Below the pieces are notes generated by a model. That model ran no database searches and was not told the DNA's origin. It worked only from the letters and a program-made list of their open reading frames with translations. A program made the position numbers and the translations under genes. From Macrostomum hystrix (lineage: Eukaryota > Animalia > Platyhelminthes), in assembly GCA_950097015.1 (NCBI GenBank), contig CATNEN010000014.1, positions 2,108,001 to 2,172,000 on the forward strand: a DNA stretch of 64,000 nucleotides, in the 5' to 3' direction. Shown here one piece after another: positions 37,873 through 49,645 of the stretch (the stretch's first letter is position 1; each line of letters starts with the position of its first letter).

Positions 37873-40530
37873 TCATAGTCGCCTGGCCTCCTCATCGTTA
37901 TTGGCGGAGGCCTCGTGAGCAGAGAAGAACAACGGCTTCTGCTGCCGCTGAAGCGGCCGTTCGGCATCGATCTGCTTCAGCAGATTCAGCGTGTAGTTGA
38001 TAAAGGCCGGGTGGCGCAGGATCTTCACGTGCTCGGCGCCGTCAATCACGAAGCTATGCACCTGCGGGAGACGAAGGGCAGATGACAACAATACATTTCG
38101 CAGCTGAGGGCAGTGGGTGACTGAGGGCAGTGGGTGACTGAGGGCAGTGGGTGACAGAGGGCAGTGGGTGACTGAGGGCAGTGGGTGACTGAGGGCAGTG
38201 GGTGACAGAGGGCAGTGGGTGACTGAGGGCAGTGGGTGACTGAGGGCAGTGGGTGACAGAGGGCAGTGGGTGACTGAGGGCAGTGGGTGACTGAGGGCAG
38301 TGGGTGACTGAGGGCAGTGGGTGACAGAGGGCAGTGGGTGACAGAGGGCAGTGGGTGACTGAGGGCAGTGGGTGACTGAGGGCAGTGGGTGACTGAGGGC
38401 AGTGGGTGACTGAGGGCAGTGGGTGACAGAGGGCAGTGGGTGACTGAGGGCAGTGGGTGACAGAGGGCAGTGGGTGACTGAGGGCAGTGGGTGACTGAGG
38501 GCAGTGGGTGACAGAGGGCAGTGGGTGACAGAGGGCAGTGGGTGACTGAGGGCAGTGGGTGACTGAGGGCAGTGGGTGACTGAGGGCAGTGGGTGACTGA
38601 GGGCAGTGGGTGACAGAGGGCAGTGGGTGACTGAGGGCAGTGGGTGACAGAGGGCAGTGGGTGACTGAGGGCAGTGGGTGACTGAGGGCAGTGGGTGACT
38701 GAGGGCTGCCTACTCACCGGTTGTTCCTGAGCGCCAGACCAAAGCCGCACACAGGACTGCAGGCTGCGCTCGTTGACGGTGCCGTCTCCGTTGTCGTTAA
38801 CAATGTCCGGCTGAGTGTCCGCCCAGCCCGGCTCGTCGCTGGTCCACACAAACCGACCTGGCGTCGGCAGGCCGTTGCCATAGACGCAGTGCACCTCAAC
38901 GCCAGGCGGTTTGGCAGGATCGTAGCCGACAAGGGCCGACGAACGCATCGCCTGGCCTTCAGGGAAGCCGATGTCGGCGAAGAAGTCGGCGTAGTCCGCC
39001 GTGCTGTAGTTGCGACCTGGCCGGCTGGCGAACGGCTCACCGGAGGGCCAGACGACAGCCTGCGGCATCAGGAACACGGAGGAGCCGAAGGAGCGCTGCA
39101 GCGGCCGGATCTGGGAGCGAGCGGGCGATTCAAGAATTCAAGATTCAAGAATTCCTTAATTCCTGTGCTCAAGATTCAAGAATTCCTTAATTCCTATGCA
39201 TTATATTGAAGAATCTATTAATGCTCAACAGTCGCTTCAATGCCTGTGCTCAAGATTCATTCTGTTTCTGAGCTTAAAAGTCCGACCCAGCTCAGACTCA
39301 CAGTCAGTGGCTTCTCGAAGGGGATGTTGAGTGTGTCGCCGCTGGCCACAACGCGCACCGTCTTGACGGCGCCGCCCAGCGGAGCTCCGACGGCAAGCAC
39401 GGCGCGCACGTGGCGCCGCTTCCAGTCAGCCGACTGTCTCTGCAAGAAGCGCAGCAGCAGGTTGTTGCCGTAGCTGTGCGCTACCAGCAGGGCGGGCCTG
39501 TTGCCGTTCTGCCGGCACGTGACCTCCACCAGCTGATGCAGATTGTTGTCGAAGCTGATGACATCAAGGTCTGGCGGTGAGCGGCGGAAGTCGAACGGGA
39601 CGCCGCGCACCGAGGCGTTCCTGGCGTAGCCAGCCTGTCAAAAGGCAGATGTACAAAGAGCTGTTTACTACACTTAATCAGCCACGTCTTCAGGTGTCCC
39701 AGAAATTAAAATAAGCCATGAAAACTGCAGAATTCGAACCACTTATAATAATAATAATAATAATAACTGCAGGAATGTCACATCAATTAGTGACACTAGA
39801 CCCGCATCCAGCGGGGAGGCAATTCTGCCTATTTCGCTGACTCCTGAGCACCCACGCACACGGATACTGTACTGCAGGCACACACTCACGCAAGCGTGTA
39901 CATCTGCCCTGACTTTCTCGTCGCTAGGCAGTGTACACTTTCACTGTGCCTTTGGCCCTTAAGGCGTAAATTGCACGACAAGCCCCCCAAGCCTTCTCTG
40001 CCCAGCTGCGCCCAATATAAATGTGGCCTTGCTGTGGAATCGAGCTCAGGGACCTTGGCGCAAGAGGCGAACGTGTTAACCGCTTTGCCACCGACCCCCT
40101 GTGAACTACTAACCTGCGCAGTTAGCGCGGCTACTAAGCTGCTGAAGTAGGCGCTAGCCGAGATTTGCGACACGTCAAAGTACTCCACAGCCGCCGTGTC
40201 GCCATAGTTGGGCACCCGGATGCTGACGTTGGGTGCATTGCTGCTGATGCCGCTGACATTATTGAAGACAAGGCGGAAGTTGTCAATAAAACAGTCAATG
40301 GTAAAGTAGGTCAGCAGCTCCAGGTTCAGCCAGATAGGAAAATAGTCTTTAGTTATCTTGGTGCACCAGTAGTGCGGCACCGATGGCTTGCCATCAAGGC
40401 GAGCCTCCATTTGGCTGCCACCATCGCCAGGGATTAGGATAACTGGCGTCTTGGCAGCAGAGGTGCCCTGGGCTGCCACAAGGGACACCAGCAACAGTGG
40501 CACCAACTGGCAGGCTTTATTGAGAACCAT
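37873..40530 (-). CDS. PLA2G15: Lysosomal phospholipase A2 / LCAT-family acyltransferase, 4 exons
   Basis: Minus-strand exons 40530-40114, 39634-39302, 39110-38718 and 38061-37873. Signal peptide, PVILIPGDGGSQ, catalytic AHSYG, GDGTV and AEHVKIL. Confidence 0.88.
38103..38707. repeat. Minisatellite, 17 bp unit (CTGAGGGCAGTGGGTGA), LPLA2 intron 3
   Basis: Tandem 17-bp period starting ~9 nt after the donor. Confidence 0.95.
39747..40100 (-). mobile_element. SINE family A copy in LPLA2 intron 1
   Basis: Colinear with 8198-8559; (ATT)n tail; head ~13 nt from the donor GT. Confidence 0.88.
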
Positions 40531-40904
40531 TTGTGCAGTTACTATATGGCTGCAAATTTTTTGATTGATAAAGTTTACCATTAATGTATTAATGAGCTGC
40601 TTAAGCCTTCCTTTAATTTAATTAGTTTAAGTGATGACATAGTAAAAGGTAATTTAAAAACATTTGTTTTGTTTGTTACTATAAATCGTTTTTAAAATCA
40701 TATTTTTACTATAAATCTACTATTTTTAATGTTAAGTTATAAACACATATAGCTTTTAATATATATATTATAAGTAATTACTCATATGATATGTTGTAAT
40801 TTCCAATGTTGTCCAATCTTTTGACTAATTAACATTATTACTCTGAATGATTTTGCCAATTTTAGACATGTGATCACCTGAAAATAGTATACTATATTGA
40901 AAAT

Positions 40905-41622
40905 ATTGTTGGTTGATGATAATTAGAGTTCTGACATAGCTACGGATACAGCTATGGGAAGTTATATATCTTGTCCAAAATTGAAACACAGTAACTTGTT
41001 GGTTGATGATAATTAGAGTTCTGCCATAGCTACGGATACAGCTATGGGAAGTTATATATCTTGTCCAAACTTGAAACAGTAACTTGTTGGTTGATGATAA
41101 TTAGAGTTCTGCCATAGCTACAGATACAGCTATGGGAAGTTATATATCTTGTCCAAACTTGAAACAGTAACTTGTTCGTTGATGATAATTAGAGTTCTGC
41201 CATAGCTACGGATACAGCTATGGGAAGTTATATATCTTGTCCAAACTTGAAACACAGTAACTTGTTGGTTGATGATAATTAGAGTTCTGCCATAGCTACG
41301 GATACAGCTATGGGAAGTTATATATCTTGTCCAAACTTGAAACAGTAACTTGTTGGTTGATGATAATTAGAGTTCTGCCATAGCTACAGATACAGCTATG
41401 GGAAGTTATATATCTTGTCCAAACTTGAAACAGTAACTTGTTCGTTGATGATAATTAGAGTTCTGACATAGCTACGGATACAGCTATGGGAAGTTATATA
41501 TCTTGTCCAAACTTGAAACACAGTAACTTGTTGGTTGATGATAATTAGAGTTCTGCCATAGCTACGGATACAGCTATGGGAAGTTATATATCTTGTCCAA
41601 ACTTGAAACACAGTAACTTGTG
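40905..41622. repeat. 88-90 bp tandem repeat (~8 copies) upstream of LPLA2
   Basis: Period measured at 90 and 88 bp; each unit holds CATAGCT-N8-AGCTATG. Confidence 0.92.
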
Positions 41623-44437
41623 TTTCCTGTATCTAGTTTCCATATCTTGATTTCTCAAATAAAGTTTGCACTGAAGTGAGTAAAACAACAAACAACAACA
41701 AACTCAAGCCCCTAAAAACTTCAAGGCTGTATGTTTATAGGGATATGTGGATGGCTATGAAAAGATGTAGAGAGCTTTATGAGGGCTAATGACAAAGAGG
41801 ATAAGTAAAGACACTTCAGACTGCCTACTATGAGAACTCTTAATTCCTTGGTGTTTGGGACTCAAGCCCTTCAGAAATTTCTGTTACGTGCAAATTGTGG
41901 GGTGGGGTTTTCCAGTCTGTTGACTGTTGGAGGTGTAAAGATAGGCAGGATGTCTAAGGATTAATAACAAAGGCACTTCCTTTGACTGCCAATGATGGAA
42001 ACTTTTAATTCCCTGCTATGGCATTGGGGACTCAAGTTATCAAGAATTCAATGCCACATGCATGTTGTGGGCAGGTGGGGAGGGGTTTCACCCCAAACCT
42101 GTTGAGTCCCATTCTTGGGTTCCCCAAGGCTTGAATTATCATTGGCTACAATCTCCCTGGCTTTGCATTTCCAGTACCCCATTGGTCCTTTGACTTCCAC
42201 TTCCTATATATATCAAAAGACAAAGAGACAGACTTCTGTCCTTAATTTGCAACTTAAATCTTCTTCAAAGGTAGTGAAACAAAAACTGAGTTTTCTTTTT
42301 ATTATTCTGAGTTACATGTATCCATATGCAATAGGCCAGTATAAATTTGCGAGGAAAATATTCTATGAGTATAATAATATTTTACCTATGTTAATTTGTT
42401 TAAATGTCACAAATATATGGAATATACACTTGGCATATTAGGAACCAATTACTATAAATGTAGACCAACTTTGCTAAGGAAAGCGAACCGTTTCAAAGCC
42501 TATTATAAGAAACAGTTCCAATCTCCTTGTGAGCAATCTCCTCCTCGTTATTTCTAAAGTAAGTAGAAGCCATGAACATTCCAATCTGGGAAAAGCCCGA
42601 GTACAGACTGGCCAAAGAGCTTGAATTATCTGATTTAGTGGCTGAATCACCTGAGAGCAGTGTCTCCACAATTGCCTAGATCTATGATCTAGAATATTAC
42701 TGGCAGAAGGCCAGTGTTATGGTGTTAAGAGCCACACTACCCAAACTATCAGTAGTTTGTATCAGTACACCCAAAAAGGGGTGCAGAATAATGATTGTCT
42801 AGGTCACTTTGGGTGACTGGAAACAAAAAGTAAGGAAGCTAGGCCAATTAATTGCACTATGAATTACTAAGATGAGAATTTGAATTATAAGAAGAGTGTA
42901 AATTTAGAAGAAGCACTACAACACATATAAGAGTAGGGCCTAATGCACATAGTGCACATGATATAAAAGTTAAAGGAGACTCCCTTTGAGAGTTACTGGA
43001 CATACGTGAATTTTTTTAGTTATGGACATAGCTACAGATAAGGATAAGCTATGGAAACATTTTTGAGATATGGATAAATATATGGATATGGGAAAATTTT
43101 GGTTATGGTCGAACTCTAATGATAATTTATAATTTATAATATTGATTGATGATAATATATAGGCCCTAATTTTTTAATTGTCTTCAAGTCAGTCTGCTAA
43201 CTCATGGATTAAGGCAAAAAATTCAGTTTGCAAAAAAAACCTCCAATCAGTTGAATGCTAACAGTTAGCCATGTAAAAGACAGGAATCTAAAGATATTGC
43301 TTACAATTTTGTTGATGTACTGTTGCTAATTATATTAATTTGAGTCTATATAATTCTAACTAGCTGTCTAACTAGCAGAAAAAACATATATAAAAATATA
43401 GATTTATATAAAAGCGAAAAAATTACAGTATTTACAATTATTTACATTTCGTTTTTATCAGAAACTTTTTTAAAGTAGTCAGCAACTTGGTAATGTATTT
43501 TTTATCATTTTTACCAGAACACCAGCCGATGGTAATTGGTAACGAGAAAAAGCAACAATCGTTACCAAATTGGTAACAAGAAAATAACGCGCATAACATG
43601 CTCGCCAATATTTTTGTATAAATCTACCAGAAAGAAAGAAAGAGGCGAAAGCGATTAAACATTTTAACTATAATTTTGAGTCTGAAAACTCAGTCAATAA
43701 GAGAAACACGAGTGTAAAAAAGCTTAAGCCTTACATTAGCAATAGCATACATTAGCAATCATTCAAATATTAAAAACATAATCTGTCCCAAATGTAAAGA
43801 GGATGACACGCTAAAGAAAAGCTTATATGGCATAACTTTAAATAACCTATCTAATATGCGTGTAGAGCTGACGCTGTAGACCTGTAGTAGTAGCTCTGAA
43901 GAAAAAGAAATCCCTTTTCAACTATTGACAAAAAGTCAATAGAAAGACATTTAGATTATTTCAAATCTAAAATTTACGCTTTCCCCAGACACTGCTAAAT
44001 ACTTTATATGTCTAAAAAACCTTGAAAAGCTAAAAGCTCAGGTCCATACACGTTCTAAAAATGTTTTGCTTTACTTTGTAAAAAGTCGTATATTTTTAAA
44101 TAAAAAAATGTCGACTTAAAAGATTGCATTCACGAACCTGTTCCAAAAACGTTTGGATTGACTGATTGTTGTCATTAGGTCCTTTTAATTTTAATAACGT
44201 TGCCAATAAAATCGATTTCGGCTTTCGTTTTGGCTTTGCCGTAGGTGCGGAAACGTCTGAAGAAGCTTGGCACATAAGAAAGAAAGAAGTACGATATAAG
44301 TATTGTATTGCCTAAGTTAAGTCTGAGGCAAGGGCGTGCTTTAAAAAACTTAAACAGTCTCCGAGTCTCAGTCCACAGAAATACTATTTTCTAATTATAC
44401 TTAATTTCTCTTGTATGCATTTGTTATTAGCTACAAA

Positions 44438-44893
44438 GGATCCTAGACACTTCGTCATCTTACAACTTCGTCATCCACTTGGAAGGTAGGGCCTACCCTA
44501 GGAGGCTAGGACACTTCGTCATCCATCCAATTGGCATGCTTTAAAGTTTGGTCAGTTCGTCATCTACTAATAATAAGCAATCAAGTTCGTCATCAACAAA
44601 ATGAGGGTGGGGTGGTGGGGCAGAGGTGTGAACACACTTCACACTCTAAATTGTCAAAAAGAGATGTTAAAACTGATTTCATTGAAAGTTAAAGTTGAAG
44701 TGGAAAGATAGGTCCCAACACGATGTGAGAAGGGGTGTGGAGGAGTGGTTCTGTTCTAACTTTGAAAACTTTTATAGATGACGAAGTGCCCACAAGTCTA
44801 AGTCTCTTCGTCATCCACCCTCTGAGATATTGGACAGATTGTCATCTAGATGACAAAGTTGTAAGAAGACAAAGTGTGCAGGTAGGGCCTACG
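44438..44893. mobile_element. Degenerate TIR element with CTTCGTCATC subterminal repeats
   Basis: Left CCTAGACACTTCGTCATCTTACAACTTCGTCATC mirrors right GATGACAAAGTTGTAAGAAGACAAAGTGTGCAGG; flanking AGCTACAAA direct repeat (9 bp). Confidence 0.55.
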
Positions 44894-46334
44894 AGCTACA
44901 AAAGCAAGAACATTTTCAATTTTTGCCAATTAATAAGTAAAAGTGCTAGGGCTTAACAGCATCAAATAATGCAAATTGTATTATTTTTGTAGATGGCACA
45001 TTGACTAATTACTTGCTCACTTGTACTAGTTCTAGAGTAGGGCCTAGTGATGTTGCTATTTCTCTATTTATCAATTGCTTATTCTTGTTTCCACTATTTG
45101 TATTGTATACTGGCTATCCTTCCATTTTGTTGGCTGTGTTTGGTACATTACTTGTTACTACTGTAGGCCTAGCAGAGTTTCTAGCTATGTGGTTATTTGT
45201 TTTCCTATTATTTACCATCTGGTGTTATTTGTACTTTGGTCTCACATGATTAACGTGTTACTTTGGTAGCTGACTGTGTATGTGCTGCATGTAGTGCCCA
45301 AGCAGTAAGGCACTCCCTAATATTTTAATTCCAGTCTTCCAAGGCTTTATGCAGCAGATTGAAGTTGCCCAGTATGTATGACCAGGGGAGTGGAAGAGGG
45401 AAAATTCCTTCTTAATACAGTTGGGAATTGTAGGATTTTAAATTGTAGGATTAAACTTTTACTGGTCATAAATTATGTAAAACCTTAGTTTATTTAAGTC
45501 TCAAGTAGTACACCCTAAACAGTAAAGATAGTATAACCTTTAGTCAATTACTTTAGTACTCTAGTCTTCAGACAATATGCCTTAAGTCTGCTAAACAATA
45601 CATCTAGTCCCTATTAGTAGTATAGAACTAGTACAGCTCCACACAGAGTTTTTCATATAATTTAGATAGAACTAGGCTTAATAATAATATAGCTCTAAAC
45701 AATTTAGATCTAATACAGATCTTATAAATAATTAATTTAACTCTATTGATTTAAGGAACACTAGTCATACATAAGTTTGCTCTGAATTACTTGAGAGTCA
45801 ACGACAGTTTATTTTTTGGAGATACAGGAGCTACCTCTATATATACTATAAAATTGGGGCAACAGCAAAAATTAAAAAAAAATGTTGTGAATGCTTTGTA
45901 AAAAGCAAATTAGCTAATTGTTAAATAAAGGAGTAGTGGAACCTATTTCAAAATATAAAGTAGGGGCTTTGGTCAGCATTCCGTGTGCAGTAAAAATGTA
46001 AAAAAGCTTAAAAATAATCCTATCTTTAAATTAATGGAACTAGCTTAAAACACAATAAGTGCACAAGTGATTGAAGTGAATAGTTGTTTTGAAAAAGAAA
46101 AAAATTATTTCATTAAAGATAAGATTTGGCAAGATTTAATCAGAATTTGAAAGTTATTGTAGTCAAAAGATAGATATTTTTTCAAGAAATTTCATGTCTG
46201 TGACAATAAAAATGTTTAAATGTTGACTAGTTTAATATTTTCAAAGAAACTGCAAAGTTTTGCATAAAATAAAAATTGCTTATGGTTTATAGGAACAATG
46301 AAGTGTATCTCACAATATATTTTGACATTTTTTG

Positions 46335-47215
46335 TGTTGTACTGGTCGACCTGCTAACAATGCGGGATCCGGCGAGCTCCAATATGAAGTCCAAAAATTA
46401 CTAGGTAGTGTAGTAGTAGTGCTGCCACCAGGGCATCAGGACTTCTGCCTTCGGTGAGGTGAAGGATCCTTGGCCCGAAAAAGAAGAAGTCACAAAGTCT
46501 CGAGAAGCACACAGTGCAGAGTTTCAGTTGCAAGTACAGGCTGTCAGTGTCTTGCGTAGCTCGGATGGTGGGGTGGAAGGCTAAGTTAGTTTCGGGACTT
46601 AGCCAGAACTGAGCTTACGAGCAGTCACATGCAGAGACTGAAGTAGGAAACTTAGACACTCGATGGCACTGACAATAGAGACTGAAATAAGTCAGAGAAA
46701 ACGTTAATGACAGAAAGTGGAAGGGTTGAGGGCCAGAAGAGCGGGGAGCTTTCTTTTATAAGCAGGGGCCTCCCATAGGGTCAGTGCAGGGTTAGAAAAC
46801 ACGGGATTGAATCACGTGGTTTCTAAAAATAGCAACTGACGTCATCGGCGCCAGAAACGTCACTTCCTACGTAGGCTCCTGTCCCATAATCAAAGCCCCA
46901 AGTGCAGTAAACATGTTTACTTGCACTTTAAAAGACAAAGAGAGAGGCCAGTCGCATGAGGAGAATCATGCGCTGACTGAGTGCAGACAACCACACACAG
47001 AAAAGGACAAGGGACAACAAAGCCAGCGCGGGACAAAGAGGTGATGACTCATCCCTGGGGGGAAGAGACAGCACACTCAAAGTACAGGCGCAGCCGGGAA
47101 GGGGAGGGCAGAGAGGGACAGACCAGACAACGCCAGAGAAGGCAGGCCGGGCAGCCACTCAATGCAAGCAAAAGGGGACACCTAAGCTACCTTGCAGGTG
47201 GGGCTACTGACAGCT
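46335..47215 (-). mobile_element. Possible solo LTR or promoter-like GC-richer insert
   Basis: Abrupt composition change in AT-rich DNA; TG...CA ends possible; TATAAAAG on the minus strand; TGACGTCA and CACGTG motifs. No TSD found. Confidence 0.3.
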
Positions 47216-48444
47216 AGTGAGACACCAATAGGCCCCTAAGCAGTGGCTCACTACATTAGCATTCAAATTTTTTCTATTATATTTTTGTGTTCTGACACAA
47301 TGTTAACATTTTGTGCAGAAACTCTCCAGTGCTGCTCCACTTTCAGCACTTATAACTAGATCTGCTCTTGCTCTTGGCCAGGAGTAAAGTTCTGGCCAAA
47401 GAACCTAGTGGTTTCGCCTACTATGAGCCTTAAGTTTTACTTTTCCAAATATTTTGTTCAATCAGGAAAATATCTGCTCACTAGGCACATTGTCATTGGG
47501 TGCTAAAGAGTCAAAAGCTGTCTGTTCTGTCACCAGATCAGTTAACTTGCTCCCAGTGGAGTGATTGGCTGCTATGTAAGCCATGTGAGCACAGACTAAA
47601 TAGCTAAATGATGAATTCATATTAAAATGGCATATGTCATAGTCAAAGAATTTAAATAAAAGTTCACATCTTACTAAAATACTTCAAATGGCCATGTAAG
47701 GAACAAAAACAAAATTATTGCCACCTCAACAACAAAAGGCACATCAGTCACAGTAAGAATATTCCTAAAATTGAGTTCGGCATGAGCCCATGTTACTTTA
47801 ATTGAATTGGTATGTGCTGTTGCAGTACCAACTCATATCGATTTTTAGTGGCCATCTTGTTTTGATTAAAGGGGATAATTAATTGACGTGAAAGAAAAAT
47901 GCATCAATGACACTCATGACACTAATAAGAAATGTTCTTGATTAGGGCACCAGCATTGTCAGTAACAACTACAAAAATGTAACTTTTTCATAAGGTGCCA
48001 GTCAGTTTCTGTTTTTTTCTGCCCATACTTTCCTGTTGCCTGAATTGGATCTATATAGCAAATTGACAGTTATTATTTGTCTAGTTAAGTAGACATTGCA
48101 TTTTATATATTCATCCCATTAACTGGACAAATAGCTTATTACAAGTTATATTATGCAAATAGGTTTTTTAATCTCATTTTAAAGGTCCTTAATTCAAACT
48201 AAATGGCTAGGTTCTAGAAATCTTAGCCTAGCTGCTTAAAATGAGAAATATGTTTTGCTGATGGAAGTATCACAAAAAGCTGCAAATTTATGATAGCAGC
48301 AATTGATAACAGAAATGGTGCAGATATGATGCCAGAATAAAGACATGTATTTATGAACGATTTCCGACTGTATTCAAGGGCCGTACACCAGTTTCCAATC
48401 TCTGCTTGCTTTCAGCTGGCCCAGCAAGGGCGGCTAGTAGCAAT

Positions 48445-48927
48445 ATGCAGGCAGGCCGGCTGGACCCCATAACAAATCTCGTCTGGCCTGTGAAGTCCAG
48501 CTGCATCTGCATTGTGTCACAGTATGCGCCGCTGAATAATGAAGTCGGTGAAACCCTCTTGTGGCTGCTGCCCGAGTGTACAGTCTACATCGGGCGCGAT
48601 GACGTCACCAAGGTAACGGACATGGCCTGCTCCACAGTGCAGGTGGGCCTCACACACTTCACAGTCGGCTGCAAGGCCCATGAAGGCTACGCCTGCAGCT
48701 GTTTTGTGCTGCTAGAAAATGTTGGGCAAGGCGTCTGCATTGTAAAGTCGCGCGGCATGCTTCGCGGCCAGTTTGACTATTTGAGGCACGGTGAATACTT
48801 TGTACTGGGCAAGTCCAGCGCATTCGTCATCACCATCATCTCGGACGCTTCGCTGCTTGCAGATGTGCGCAAGAACCTCCAGTCCTACATTGGAGCCAGG
48901 CGCGCCAAATATGGCAAGGATACTTAA
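48445..48927 (+). CDS. Stand-alone PNKP/APTX-type FHA-like domain protein (160 aa)
   Basis: YIGRDDVTKVTDMACSTVQVGL...VLLENVGQGVCIV...LRHGEYFVLG follows the GR...D..CS..Q....V...G....L..G...L pattern; tttcag acceptor 29 nt before the ATG. Confidence 0.55.
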   Translation: MQAGRLDPITNLVWPVKSSCICIVSQYAPLNNEVGETLLWLLPECTVYIGRDDVTKVTDMACSTVQVGLTHFTVGCKAHEGYACSCFVLLENVGQGVCIVKSRGMLRGQFDYLRHGEYFVLGKSSAFVITIISDASLLADVRKNLQSYIGARRAKYGKDT

Positions 48928-49145
48928 AGAAAGCATTCTTTCTCTGCTTCTAATGCCAGTTTTCAGTTTCTGCATTTTTTGCGCATTGCATTTCGGTTAT
49001 TTGAAAATATATACAGAATACAACTCCAGTGCTGTGCCAAGCAGCTTTCATTTTGATTATTTTTACTTTATATTGTGGTCTAACTTGTTTTTCTTATTTG
49101 GAGCTTGATGTCCTCGGTTAAGCTGGGCTTCTGTTGCATGTAAAC

Positions 49146-49205
49146 AAGGCGATGATGACCGAATTGCTACTCTTGATGCTAAAGCATGATGATTGTCTAA
49201 GCCTT
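49146..49205 (+). ncRNA. Short C/D-box snoRNA-like unit (copy A)
   Basis: AAGGC-GATGATGA...AATTGCTACTCTTGA...ATGATGA...CTAA-GCCTT; 5-bp terminal stem, degenerate D box. Confidence 0.45.
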
Positions 49206-49280
49206 CTTAGGTAGCAATGACCATTTCCAGTTTAAGTCATAAGAGAGAAATAATTTGTTATTAGGTTCTATGTATCACAG

Positions 49281-49568
49281 AGGGAGGCGAGTGGCAGAGC
49301 GGTTAACGCGTCAGCCTCTTGCACCAAGGTTCCTGAGTTCGTTTCTGCGGCGAGGCCACATTTATTTAGGGCGCAGCCGCGGAGAGAACGCTTGGGGGCT
49401 TGTCGTGCAATTTACACAATTGAGAGCCAGCCTCCAAGGCACAGTGAGTGTATACTGCCTGACGATGAGAAAGTCAGGGCAGATGTACACGCCTGTGTGA
49501 GTGTGTGCCTGCTCACATCTGTGTGCATGAGTGCTCAGGAGTCAGTGAATTAGACAGAATTGCCCTTA
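49281..49568 (+). mobile_element. SINE family A copy, tail truncated
   Basis: AGGGAGGCGAGTGGCAGAGCGGTTAACGCG...GAGTTCG head; body colinear with the other copies. Confidence 0.85.
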
Positions 49569-49645
49569 GACGGAAATGATTTTCCGGACTTTAATTGAAG
49601 GTTTTATAATATAATACCTATCTGTCATTGAAGCTCTTGCCTCGC

